A DNA stretch of 64,000 nt from Deferribacterales bacterium. Its GTDB lineage: Bacteria > Chrysiogenota > Deferribacteres > Deferribacterales > Geovibrionaceae. A program made the translations under genes and the position numbers. Location of the stretch: NCBI GenBank assembly GCA_050251875.1, contig JBFWMA010000007.1, positions 64,001-128,000 on the forward strand, given 5' to 3'. Below are positions 18,724 through 28,961 of this stretch, piece by piece. The notes beneath the pieces are model-generated. The model was not told the origin of the DNA. It did not search any database and saw nothing but the letters and a program-made list of their open reading frames with translations. The number at the start of each line of letters is the position of its first letter. Position 1 is the first letter of the stretch.

Positions 18724-21350
18724 TGACACGAAAAATACTGTTAATTTTACTGACAGTTATGTTTACGGCGGCAGTATCCCATGCGGATACTGTTGCCGGA
18801 TTTAAAGGTCAGCTGAAAGTAAAAAAAATGCTCAGCGGCAAATATACATCTGCTGACGAAATAGCGCTGTATGACGAAATCATCGCCATATACGGGCTTT
18901 TTGAAACAAACAGTCAGACATCAGCCGATGCGCAGGTGAAAGAACATTTCAAAAAAGGCAAAGACATATGGCAAAGGCTGAAAAAATTCAACCCCACCTA
19001 TTCTGCCGATAGATATCTTTTCAAAGACCTGTGCAATGCGGTCACCAACTATTACATGGCTACAAACAGGCTGTACGAAACCATTCCATATTATAAAATG
19101 CTCGCCGAGGACGCTTACGATATCAATCTGCTGGATCAGCATCTCCTGTCGCTTATGAATACTGCCGAGACCTACCTTAATCTGGGACAGACAGAATCCG
19201 CAAAAGAGCTGATAAAAAAGATAAAGAGCATCGTTGACGATTATTTTGAGCTGGATATTGACGACATTAAGGCTAATCGTCCCCACTTCGTTGTGGTGAA
19301 CACCGCATACCGAACGCTCGCTGTCAAAGCGTCCATGATGGACGGATATTCTGACGCCAATATCAAAGACGAGCAGAGGTTTTTTGATTTTCTGCTGAAA
19401 TACTATGACTATAAGTACATGACACCATACATAAAAGTGGCCGGAGGCATAACCACCGAAAACTATTTTGAAATCAACGTCTCAAAAGACACCATCAAGG
19501 ATAAAATGTACAGGGTCAACGATGGAGAGATGTTCACATTCGCAAAGCTCTTTGCCTTAAACGGAGACTTCGAAAGAGCCGGTCAGGCTCTGAAAGAGGC
19601 TGTGAAATCAGTCAGCGAGAGCAGAGGAACCCCCATTAACGACTTATCTGAAACATACCCTGATGCACTCATAACAAAAGAAGCCATGTCCATGACCAGT
19701 CTGTCCGGTTATTGGGATAAATTCGGAATGCTGAAGGCGAAATATCGTCTGGTGTATCTGGAACACCTCTACAAAGCCGTCATAAACATGATGACAGGCA
19801 GGCTGAACGAATCGTCCTTTGAACTGCTGGACGCACAGACAGCGCTGAAAAAGCTGAACCACGCATACAGCTATCTCCCACCGGAATTTTATTACATCGA
19901 CAACATGCAGAGCAGTTACTCTGATCTGCTGGGTACGGAAGCCCTGCTCTATGAAAAAAGAAAAGAATACGAGTTCGCCGCCGCTAACTATAAAAACCTG
20001 ATAAACGTCTATGAAAAATACAGAGAGAGTCTCCCTGTGGAATACCGCCGTGGTTTCTTCCGAGGCTATTCCAAAGACGCCTATCTGGGGATGATAAGGG
20101 CGAAAGCCGGAGAATATTCCCAGAAAAAGACAGAAGGGTCCTTCAATGCTTTTCTGACCGCCGTGGATATGCTGAACGCCAGACAGTTTAAGGATATCAA
20201 GCCGGAGTTCTCATCAGCCGATCCGTCTCTGTCCGCTGTCAGAAGCGGTCTGAAAAACGATGAAATGATATATCTGATAATAGATTCCGGCACGGAAAAC
20301 ATTACCGCCGGGATATCGAAAACCGCCTATTCTCTGGACATCAGCCCAAAAGCGAAAGGACAGGACAGGCTGACTAAAAGATCGAAAGATGATCTGGCGA
20401 AAAACCACGTCTATGATAAAAAAATGCTGGCAGATCTGACGCATAGCCTGGTCGCCCCGCTGGACAGATTCAAAGGAGTCAGAAAGATACATCTCCTGTC
20501 AGACGGAGCAGTGTCCGCACTTCCTTTCGATATTCTGCCTTATAAAAACTCTATGATATTCGACAGCTTTACCGTGGATCATATAATTACCCTAAACGGG
20601 CTGAAAAATAATGTTTTTAAACCGGCATATTTTCTGGGCATAGCCGATCCGGAATATGAGAAAAAACATCTGGCGATGCTGAGAAAAAAGGAAGTGTCCA
20701 GAGCCAGATCGGTTGATATCTCAGGCTATTTTCAGGCACTGCCCGAAACCAGAGACGAAGTAACATCCATAGCGGGGATGCTGGGCAAATCCAGCCTTCT
20801 GCTGGGGGCAGACGCGGTGGAGAGCCGCATTAAGTCCATGCCTCTGGACGCATACACCATACTGCATTTCGCCACACACGGTATTCTGGGAGGCGAGATC
20901 CCCGGAATGGACGAGCCTGCGCTGGTGATGTCCGAAGAGACCGGACAGGATTCCCTGCTGACGGCTTCTGAGATAGCAAAGCTGAAGATCAGCGCCGACA
21001 TGGTGGTTTTATCCGCATGCAACACAGGCAGCGGACAGTATTTTCGTGGAGAGGGAGTGACGGGCATAGCCAGAGCCTTTGAGCTGGCTGGCGCCTCAAA
21101 CGTCATAGCGTCTCTGTGGCCTGTGGATTCGTTCGCCACAAAAACGCTGATGGAATATTTTTACGGATTTATGAAACAGGGATTAAAGCCCTCCGAAGCC
21201 CTGCACATGGCTAAGCAGAAACTCAGGATGACGGGAGAAGGCACAGCGGGCAATGACAGATCGCTGAAAAAATCCGGCGGAGCAAATACGAAATTCACGG
21301 GATATCAGAACCCCTATTTCTGGTCGGGATTCATACTGATAGCGTCTTAG
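18723..21350 (+). CDS. Secreted TPR-like/CHAT-domain (caspase-like) protease
   Basis: Sec signal ending AAVSHA; helical N-terminal region; LPFD, LPET..EV, HFATHG, VVLSACNTG.G, GEG..G, SLWPV, NPYFWSGF. Confidence 0.88.
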   Translation: MTRKILLILLTVMFTAAVSHADTVAGFKGQLKVKKMLSGKYTSADEIALYDEIIAIYGLFETNSQTSADAQVKEHFKKGKDIWQRLKKFNPTYSADRYLFKDLCNAVTNYYMATNRLYETIPYYKMLAEDAYDINLLDQHLLSLMNTAETYLNLGQTESAKELIKKIKSIVDDYFELDIDDIKANRPHFVVVNTAYRTLAVKASMMDGYSDANIKDEQRFFDFLLKYYDYKYMTPYIKVAGGITTENYFEINVSKDTIKDKMYRVNDGEMFTFAKLFALNGDFERAGQALKEAVKSVSESRGTPINDLSETYPDALITKEAMSMTSLSGYWDKFGMLKAKYRLVYLEHLYKAVINMMTGRLNESSFELLDAQTALKKLNHAYSYLPPEFYYIDNMQSSYSDLLGTEALLYEKRKEYEFAAANYKNLINVYEKYRESLPVEYRRGFFRGYSKDAYLGMIRAKAGEYSQKKTEGSFNAFLTAVDMLNARQFKDIKPEFSSADPSLSAVRSGLKNDEMIYLIIDSGTENITAGISKTAYSLDISPKAKGQDRLTKRSKDDLAKNHVYDKKMLADLTHSLVAPLDRFKGVRKIHLLSDGAVSALPFDILPYKNSMIFDSFTVDHIITLNGLKNNVFKPAYFLGIADPEYEKKHLAMLRKKEVSRARSVDISGYFQALPETRDEVTSIAGMLGKSSLLLGADAVESRIKSMPLDAYTILHFATHGILGGEIPGMDEPALVMSEETGQDSLLTASEIAKLKISADMVVLSACNTGSGQYFRGEGVTGIARAFELAGASNVIASLWPVDSFATKTLMEYFYGFMKQGLKPSEALHMAKQKLRMTGEGTAGNDRSLKKSGGANTKFTGYQNPYFWSGFILIAS

Positions 21351-24009
21351 ACCTGTTCACGGCGGACGACACCAGCCTGTATACCTCTGCCGCCAGTATA
21401 ACCGTGAGCCCCATGCCTATCACATACAGCCAGTCAGACAGCGTCATGGACGATGTATAGAACGTCTCCTGGGCTGACGGCAGATAAATAATAATAAACT
21501 GGGCGGCGAATGTCAGCGCCCATACCATCGTCAGAGTATGGTTATCCAGATAGCTCTTGCGGAATATCGATACCGAAGTGTCTCTGAAGTTGAATATGTG
21601 CATCATCTCAAAAACGATCAGCCCTATGAAGGCGGCGCTTCTCGCCTCTGTCTCCGGCTCTCCGATATAGAGCAGATACCAGAATATACCCACGGTGAGA
21701 CCGCCTATCCAAACCCCCAGACTCAGCAGAAACAGCATAACGTCTTTGGACAATATGGCGGATTTCGGGTCTCTGGGAGGCATCAGCATGCTGTTCTTCA
21801 CTGCCGGATCGGTGCCCAGCGCCAGAGCCAGCAGTCCGTCCGTGGCAAGGTTGATCCAGAGTATCTGAACAGCGAAAAGTATCACAGGCAGATCGAGAAG
21901 CATGGCGGCAAGGATTGTGACTATCTCGCCGAAATTAGCCGACAGAAGATATCTGGCGACTTTCTGCACATTCTCATACTGTCTGCGCCCCTCTTCCACT
22001 CCGTCTATAATGCTGGAAAAATTATCATCCACCAGAATCATGTCGGATGCGTCCTTCGCCACATCCGTTCCTTTGATCCCCATCGCAATACCGACATCCG
22101 CTTTTTTCAGAGCCGGAGCGTCATTCACTCCGTCACCGGTCATGGCGACAACACGCCCCATGCCCTGTAATGTTTCCACTATGCGGTATTTATGCTCCGG
22201 AGCCACACGGGCAAAAATTCTGCATTTCTCCAGAGCCCTGCGGAACTGCGGAGCGTCCATCTTATCCAGATCGGCTCCGGTCAACACCTTGTCAGAGATA
22301 ATGCCTATCTCACGCCCGATAGATCTGGCTGTGACAGGCGAATCTCCCGTCACCATGATAACATCTATACCCGCCTGATAAGACCTTTTCACGGCGGCTG
22401 GTACCTCCGCTCTGGGGGCATCTGAGATACAGACGAACCCCAGAAAGACAAGCCCGCTCTCCAATATGGCATCGTCAGCCTCAATGTTGCCCGGCTGGGC
22501 GCTGGCTATGGCGAGAATCCTGAGCCCGTCCGCCGCCAGACGGTCGTATTCTTTGTTAAGCGATTCTATGAGCTGTTTGTTCATAGGAACCTTCCATCCG
22601 TTCGACAGCACATAGGCGGAGCTGTGCAGAATACGTTCCGGTGCTCCTTTGGCATATAGAAAATATCTGTTTTCATAACCATATACGGATGTCATGCGCT
22701 TTCTGGATGATGTGAAACCTATCTCTTTTACCAACCGCATACCGTTCTTTATGTTTGCCGCTTCTATGCCCGCCTTCATCCCCATGCAGACCAGCGAGCC
22801 CTCGGTGGGGTCGCCTACGGGCATATATCTGCCGTCATGACAGCTCAGCACCGCCCTGTTGCACAGCACGGAAGCGGTAATCAGCTCCACCAGACCGTCA
22901 GACATCAGCGGGTCTATCTTCTCCCCGTTCAGAAGAAACTCACCCTCCGGCTCATATCCGGAACCTGTGACGTCATAAGTCTTTCCGCTCATATATATTT
23001 TTCTGACGGACATCTCGTTCTGCGTCAGCGTGCCTGTCTTGTCAGTGCATATCACCGATACCTCGCCCAGAGTCTCTGTGGCGGACAGGTTTCGGATTAG
23101 GCAGTTTTTCTTCACCATGCTTCTCACGCCCAGCGCAAGAGTGATGGTAACCACCGCCGGAAGCCCCTCGGGTATCACAGCCACAGCGAGGGAAACCGCC
23201 AGTATGAACATCTCGAAAAGCCCCCTCTCCTGCACCAGCCCCAGAACAAATATACCGAAAGCGATACCCAGCGATATATAGCCCAGCTTCCGCCCCAGTC
23301 TGTCCAGCTTGAGCTTCAGTCTGGTTTCATCAGACCCCATGCTCTGTGTCAGCCCGGCTATTTTGCCGAACTCTGTGTTCATGCCAGTTGCGGTAACAAC
23401 ACCCAGTCCATGTCCGGCGGCGACTGTGGTTCCCATATACGCAATGTTATGCCTCTCAGCCAGAGGCGTCTCTTCGGCGCACACGCTGACTGTCTTAGGC
23501 ACGGGGAGTGACTCGCCTGTCAGCGCCGACTGATCCAGACGCAGGTCTATAGACTCGATGATATACACATCGGCGGGAACTTTTGCCCCCATCTCCAGAA
23601 GCACGACATCGCCCGGGACTATCAGCTCGGAATCTGTCAGGCAGATTTCGCCGTCTCTGATAACTTTGGTTTTCAGCGAAAGAAGACGTTTAAGAGATTT
23701 TATGGATTTCTCCGCCTTGATCTCCAGATAGAACCCAAGCAGAGCGTTCAGAATTACGATGGCGAATATGGCGCAGGCATCCGTTATCTCTCCCAGCAGA
23801 GCCGATATAACGGCGGCTATAAGCAGGATGATAATCAGAACGCTTTTGAACTGTTCGAGGAACATCATCCATCGGCTCTGTCCTTTCTGTTCAGACAGCC
23901 TGTTTTTTCCGTGGGTGTTCAGAAGATTCTTAACGGCTGAGGACGACAGCCCTTTTTCAGACGTGTTGAGCCGTTCCAGAACCTCTTTCATCTCTGTGTT
24001 ATGGAACAT
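21331..24009 (-). CDS. Cation-transporting P-type ATPase (P-IIA, Ca2+-like)
   Basis: LTGES, IPEGL, DKTGTLT, KGAPE, TGDGVNDAPAL, QILWINL. Confidence 0.93.
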   Translation of the reverse strand: MFHNTEMKEVLERLNTSEKGLSSSAVKNLLNTHGKNRLSEQKGQSRWMMFLEQFKSVLIIILLIAAVISALLGEITDACAIFAIVILNALLGFYLEIKAEKSIKSLKRLLSLKTKVIRDGEICLTDSELIVPGDVVLLEMGAKVPADVYIIESIDLRLDQSALTGESLPVPKTVSVCAEETPLAERHNIAYMGTTVAAGHGLGVVTATGMNTEFGKIAGLTQSMGSDETRLKLKLDRLGRKLGYISLGIAFGIFVLGLVQERGLFEMFILAVSLAVAVIPEGLPAVVTITLALGVRSMVKKNCLIRNLSATETLGEVSVICTDKTGTLTQNEMSVRKIYMSGKTYDVTGSGYEPEGEFLLNGEKIDPLMSDGLVELITASVLCNRAVLSCHDGRYMPVGDPTEGSLVCMGMKAGIEAANIKNGMRLVKEIGFTSSRKRMTSVYGYENRYFLYAKGAPERILHSSAYVLSNGWKVPMNKQLIESLNKEYDRLAADGLRILAIASAQPGNIEADDAILESGLVFLGFVCISDAPRAEVPAAVKRSYQAGIDVIMVTGDSPVTARSIGREIGIISDKVLTGADLDKMDAPQFRRALEKCRIFARVAPEHKYRIVETLQGMGRVVAMTGDGVNDAPALKKADVGIAMGIKGTDVAKDASDMILVDDNFSSIIDGVEEGRRQYENVQKVARYLLSANFGEIVTILAAMLLDLPVILFAVQILWINLATDGLLALALGTDPAVKNSMLMPPRDPKSAILSKDVMLFLLSLGVWIGGLTVGIFWYLLYIGEPETEARSAAFIGLIVFEMMHIFNFRDTSVSIFRKSYLDNHTLTMVWALTFAAQFIIIYLPSAQETFYTSSMTLSDWLYVIGMGLTVILAAEVYRLVSSAVNRSKTLSV

Positions 24010-24155
24010 GTCGCTACCCGCTTTTTCTTAAAGTATACACCTGTTAACATACGAAACACATAAAAAGGCGGAAAAATCAGTCACCCCAGCCCCATAACTT
24101 GCCAGGGACGCCGACATATGATAATTATTATGATTGATAAATCTACGAGGCGGAC

Positions 24156-24926
24156 ATGAAAACATATATCATAAATTTTTCTCCCACCGGCACCACAAAG
24201 GCTGTTCTGGAAAGCATAGCGGAAGGCATCGGAAACGAAACAATCACCTATGACCTGACACTGCCGGACAGCTCTGTTCAGGCGAATATAACAGACGGAA
24301 TCGCCCTGTTCGGCATCCCTGTATACGCCGGCAGAGTGCCTCTGGTGTGCGCAGAGAGGATGAAAAACATCACATCTGACGGTGCTCCGGCTGTGGCGGT
24401 CGCCGTTTACGGCAACAGAGCATATGAAGACGCTCTGGTGGAGCTGAGAGATCTGATATCCGCCGCAGGATTTAATGTCATCGCCGGAGGAGCTTTTATT
24501 GGCGAACACTCATATTCTTCCGCCGAAAAACCAGTGGCTCAGGGAAGACCCGACAGCGCCGACAGACAGAAGGCGAATGATTTCGGCTCGATGGTATCAG
24601 ACAAGGTAAAATCAGGCAGAACACAGACACCCGACATGAACGGCAATGTGCCTTATAAAGAAAGAATGGGGATAAAAGGAGTCACACCGCAGACAAAAAC
24701 AGACATCTGCGGCGCCTGCGGAACCTGCGTGAGCGTTTGCCCCACAGACGCTATCACGATAGAAACCACAGCGTCTTCCGATGCGGATAAATGCGTCATG
24801 TGCTGCGCCTGTATAAAACAGTGCCCTTCAGACGCCAGATATATAGCGCATCCGGGGATACTGGAGCGCATAGACATGCTCTATAAAAACTGTTCCGCCA
24901 GAAAAGAACCGGAATTATTTATCTAA
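24156..24926 (+). CDS. Flavodoxin-ferredoxin fusion (EFR1-like)
   Basis: FSPTGTT, PVYAGR, VYGNRAYEDAL; two CxxCxxCxxxCP motifs. Confidence 0.85.
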   Translation: MKTYIINFSPTGTTKAVLESIAEGIGNETITYDLTLPDSSVQANITDGIALFGIPVYAGRVPLVCAERMKNITSDGAPAVAVAVYGNRAYEDALVELRDLISAAGFNVIAGGAFIGEHSYSSAEKPVAQGRPDSADRQKANDFGSMVSDKVKSGRTQTPDMNGNVPYKERMGIKGVTPQTKTDICGACGTCVSVCPTDAITIETTASSDADKCVMCCACIKQCPSDARYIAHPGILERIDMLYKNCSARKEPELFI

Positions 24927-24929
24927 AAA

Positions 24930-26705
24930 CTACAGAGCGCCGGCCCATGTTTTAACAGGTTTCGCGAATGAGCGGTTCACATCCTCCGGTCGGAACCCTA
25001 TTCCATAGAATTTCTGATAGAACTCCTCTGCCTCCGCCATGATGTCGAAGCTGAAAACATCCGGATGCAGACAGTTGGCGATATGCATCAGCCCCAGAAT
25101 CCATCTGGGACTGCCGAAATCGAAACACGGAGCGGGATAATTATATATTCTTCTGTTTTCAACAGCGCTGACGCTGATGCCCAGTTTTTCGCATGAGGCG
25201 TAAAAATCATCCAGAGTGCTGGGCATAAAAGACGATATGACAATCACGTCAGGATTCAGCCCGTTCAGCCTTTCGGGGGATATTTTCATCCCGGGGCGTC
25301 CTGTGCACCCGAGTGTTTTGTTTATGCTGATTCCGCCTGCCATTTCCACCAGCTCGTTTTCCAGCCTGCCCTCTTCCAGAGCGAACAATGGATTGCTCAT
25401 CACATAGTAAACTGACGGCTTTTTAAGCCCTTCCAGACGGGAAGATATGGACATGATCCTGTCTTTCATATGCTTAACCAGAGCGTATGCCTCGCTCTCG
25501 TGTCCTGTCATTTTGCCGAAATGCCCTATCTTTTTCGCATAGCTCTCGAAATCCTGAAGATTGCCGTGCAGTTTCTGGAGCCCGCCGCCCTGAAGCGCCT
25601 CTTCCCAGCATCCCACTATCGTTTTTCTGTCTCTGACGCCGATAGCCGCCAGTGTGCCTTCTATTATCTCCAGTGCCCGGGTGAACGGATATCCGCCCTC
25701 GAAATCATTCTCGTTATATGTTTTTTCAGACATCGTGCCTTTGATGTTCAGCTCGTGCCCGCATTTGGGACAGTGCCTCTCATCCGCCGCTATTGCCGCA
25801 TTGCGCAGTTTTGACCCCATGGGTCCGTAAAAATCCCTTTCATAGATCAGGGTTCCGCATTTCGGACAGTAGGTGTTTATGCAGTCAGTCCCCGGAGAAT
25901 TAAAAAGATAGACATAATCCAGCTTTTCATATGCCCGTGCGCAGACTCTCTCTGACTCTGTGATGGATGGTTCGCCGGAGATATCGGCATCGTCCAGCGG
26001 TATGAACCGCATGACCTGAAGCGGAATGTCTCTGGATATTTTGGCGATGGTATCAGCTATCTCGCCAACTTTTTCGTCCTCGTCTTTTTTGTGCATGCAT
26101 GCCGCCTCCACATGCACACCCTTTTCATGAAAACGACGTATATTCCTAATAACAGGCTCATATCCTGGAGCGCCGCAGCTTTTGTAATCTTCGTCAGACA
26201 ACCCCTTGATACCTATATTGATAAAATCCAGATACGGAGCGATCATATCCAGAGAATGTTCGGTGAAATATCCGTTAGAAGAACAACCCACCAGAAGCCC
26301 GCTCTGCTTGGCTATTTTTGCTATTTCCAGAAAGGTATAGAAGGATGCCAGAGGATCATTCATCAGAAACACGACCCCCGCACACTCCTCTGCTTTTGCT
26401 TTTGCCACTATCTGCTGAGGAGTCAGCTTTTTCAGCGCCTTGCTGTCGGGATTCACCTCTTTTGCCACCACGGTGGCTACACATCCGGAACAGTCGAAAT
26501 TGCATCCGGAGGTGCTTATCTGCAAAAATTTCGCTTTGGGATAGAAATTCATCACGGGCATTGTCTCAGCAGAGATGGGGCACACGACAAGATAGCTGTC
26601 CGGAAACAGCTCTATGAGTTTTCCGCCGTCATTTTTATATCTTCCGCAGGCTCCCGCTGAGCCGTCTTTTATCCCGCATCCTATTTCGCATATATTACAT
26701 TTCAT
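24930..26705 (-). CDS. Radical SAM protein (AmmeMemoRadiSam/PflA-like) fused to a class III (BtuF/TroA-like) substrate-binding domain
   Basis: N-terminal CNIC..C..C, CNFDCSGC, two CPKCG motifs; C-terminal AGG..NPDVI..AV.N.RIY..SPRWILGL..LHP. Confidence 0.8.
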   Translation of the reverse strand: MKCNICEIGCGIKDGSAGACGRYKNDGGKLIELFPDSYLVVCPISAETMPVMNFYPKAKFLQISTSGCNFDCSGCVATVVAKEVNPDSKALKKLTPQQIVAKAKAEECAGVVFLMNDPLASFYTFLEIAKIAKQSGLLVGCSSNGYFTEHSLDMIAPYLDFINIGIKGLSDEDYKSCGAPGYEPVIRNIRRFHEKGVHVEAACMHKKDEDEKVGEIADTIAKISRDIPLQVMRFIPLDDADISGEPSITESERVCARAYEKLDYVYLFNSPGTDCINTYCPKCGTLIYERDFYGPMGSKLRNAAIAADERHCPKCGHELNIKGTMSEKTYNENDFEGGYPFTRALEIIEGTLAAIGVRDRKTIVGCWEEALQGGGLQKLHGNLQDFESYAKKIGHFGKMTGHESEAYALVKHMKDRIMSISSRLEGLKKPSVYYVMSNPLFALEEGRLENELVEMAGGISINKTLGCTGRPGMKISPERLNGLNPDVIVISSFMPSTLDDFYASCEKLGISVSAVENRRIYNYPAPCFDFGSPRWILGLMHIANCLHPDVFSFDIMAEAEEFYQKFYGIGFRPEDVNRSFAKPVKTWAGAL

Positions 26706-26946
26706 TTTTTTACCTTTATTTCAGTGTTTTTCATATTCTCAGAAAGTGGAAATATTTGTCAAGAAAGCTATTTTTTATATTTCAGATAAAATAACGATAA
26801 TAATAACGTATGCTTTGCACTATTAGCTTTTAGAAGGATATTGAGCCAGTCTATTACGATTCTTACATAACGAACTAAACATCCATCAGAAAACACAATA
26901 TTTCATACATATTTCTTTCATATTTATAATATTTGCGGTATTATGA

Positions 26947-27591
26947 GTGATCTGTCCCAGCGAGGTCTTTTTGAATATCATTTTTAGAGAGGTTCTGTTC
27001 CTCATAACAATCATCAACCCTATTGCTCTTTTCCTTTATCTGGCTCCGGTCAGAAACGATCTCAGTGAGAGGGATTTCATCAAAGTTGTCATAAAGGCGA
27101 CCATAATATCATTGATAATAAATCTGTTTTTCACATTCTCAGGCGAATCGCTCTTTTCATCCGTGTTAAAGATCAACTTCAATTCCTTCCGGATATTCGG
27201 CGGGATGGTGCTCTTCAGCATGTCGCTTCTGTCTATCATACACGGGCAGAAGATGATGATTACTTTCAGAGGCAATCTGGACGACCTAGCTTCAGAAATC
27301 GCCCTGCCTTTCATGACAGGTGTTGGAACTATATCTGTCTGCGTTCTGATCGGCAGCCATATGAGCATACTGGAATCCGCCGCGGTCAATGTCCTTGCCA
27401 TGCTCCTGACTCTGGCGGTTATCCTTACACTGTTCTGGATGAGGTATCACATCAGGTCAAAACATCTCACTGTCGCTTTTGACAAGGTTCTCGGGATCCT
27501 CATCAGAATAAACGGCTTCGTAATGGGCTCTTTCGGCGTTGACATGATAAGATCAGGCATCCTCAACATAATCAACACTTACAAAGGCTGA
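26947..27591 (+). CDS. MarC-family membrane protein
   Basis: IINPIA, SFRIFGGMVLF, ALPFMTG.GT, RINGF; about six TM segments. Start uncertain. Confidence 0.85.
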   Translation: MICPSEVFLNIIFREVLFLITIINPIALFLYLAPVRNDLSERDFIKVVIKATIISLIINLFFTFSGESLFSSVLKINFNSFRIFGGMVLFSMSLLSIIHGQKMMITFRGNLDDLASEIALPFMTGVGTISVCVLIGSHMSILESAAVNVLAMLLTLAVILTLFWMRYHIRSKHLTVAFDKVLGILIRINGFVMGSFGVDMIRSGILNIINTYKG

Positions 27592-27755
27592 AAATCATCT
27601 TCTGGATCCATCGATAATTACATCAATTATTCTTTTATATTCAACTTTCTCAAACTATCTTTGCGCTTAAACAAACATTATGTTGATTTAATATTCTATT
27701 TGTTTAATATATGCATAACTTTTGTATTTTTATAATAATAACAATGAGGACAGTT

Positions 27756-28742
27756 ATGCAGAAAATTATTTTGGCTACCCTTATGCTTATCTCTTTCACT
27801 ATTGCTTACGCAGAGACCTATGTTCAACTGGGTCGTTATTTTCCTGACAAGAAAGAAACGGATAATGGTTTAATCTGGTACAATTCAGGCTATTTTGCGG
27901 AAGTCCGTATACTCGATGATTTAGATCCATCAACACATAAAGCGCTGGAGTCATATCTGGGCAAAGGTGTCCGATTCAGAATTCAGCAAAACACAGGAAA
28001 AGAAGAAGGATGGGACATGAACAACTATGTTATGGAAAGAACTATTAAAATAACCCAGATATCTACAAAAATCTGGACTGATGATGATGTCTATGTCCTG
28101 TTCGGTGTTTCGTCATACGACAGCAACAATGACTATATTGATACGACAACTCTCGAAACAGACAATTTAGCATGGGACGCAACACAAATACATATGGGAG
28201 CAGGATACAGGTTTGAGCTCAATGAAACTTATCTTAACAATATTGACTTTTATGGAATTTTTTCTTACTACAGCGCCTCTACAGAATATAACGATATCAA
28301 AAAAACAGAAGAGCGTGAGTTAATAGTCGGCACATCAGCATTGTTCGGCGATGTCAGTTTCCTCAGCGGCATGCTGTCTGCTGAACTCGGTAAGAAAAAT
28401 ATTACTCAAGGCAAAAATGATTCTTATCCGTGGTACTACAATGTGGAAGGCGGCGTTTATATAAAAAGTCCTAAACTTAATAAATCAGAAATATGGCAAA
28501 AAATGATTCCAGAGGTAGCTTACGCTTACGGCTACTACAAATATAATAGCGGCAACACAGAAGTAGACCTCTTTCCATCGTATGATACTAAATACAACAT
28601 AGAAAGAAAATTCAGTCTAATATGGGGCTTAACTAAGCGGACTTTGCTCAGAACTGTGTATACTAATATTAAAAGGACTTTCGAAAACGGAGAATCTCAT
28701 AAATACAGGAATGTCCTTCTGATATTGGAATATCAGCTTTAA
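27756..28742 (+). CDS. Putative outer-membrane beta-barrel protein, AT-rich
   Basis: Signal peptide ending AYA; Tyr/Gly-rich alternating strands; C-terminal LILEYQL. Confidence 0.6.
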   Translation: MQKIILATLMLISFTIAYAETYVQLGRYFPDKKETDNGLIWYNSGYFAEVRILDDLDPSTHKALESYLGKGVRFRIQQNTGKEEGWDMNNYVMERTIKITQISTKIWTDDDVYVLFGVSSYDSNNDYIDTTTLETDNLAWDATQIHMGAGYRFELNETYLNNIDFYGIFSYYSASTEYNDIKKTEERELIVGTSALFGDVSFLSGMLSAELGKKNITQGKNDSYPWYYNVEGGVYIKSPKLNKSEIWQKMIPEVAYAYGYYKYNSGNTEVDLFPSYDTKYNIERKFSLIWGLTKRTLLRTVYTNIKRTFENGESHKYRNVLLILEYQL

Positions 28743-28810
28743 ATATCAGTATTGACCATTTACCCATGCTGTCATATTCTACATTGAGAGTGTTTTCACG
28801 GAGGATAAAA

Positions 28811-28927
28811 ATGGCAACGAAGAAAGGCGAAGTATATGTTTGTTCCGTGTGCAAAGCGGTAGTAAAGGTAGAGAACGGCGGAAGCGGCGCTCTGATGTGC
28901 TGTATGGTAAAAATGACAAAGATGTAA
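28811..28927 (+). CDS. Stand-alone desulforedoxin (FeCys4) protein, 38 aa
   Basis: Manual translation MATKKGEVYVCSVCKAVVKVENGGSGALMCCMVKMTKM; CxxC..CC; GGAGG RBS. Below the ORF-track cutoff. Confidence 0.85.
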   Translation: MATKKGEVYVCSVCKAVVKVENGGSGALMCCMVKMTKM

Positions 28928-28928
28928 T

Positions 28929-28960
28929 AAAAAAGGCGGACGCAGTGTCCGCCTTTTGTT
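28929..28960. terminator. Bidirectional terminator
   Basis: AAAAAAGGCGGAC-GCAGT-GTCCGCCTTTT. Confidence 0.8.
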
Positions 28961-28961
28961 T

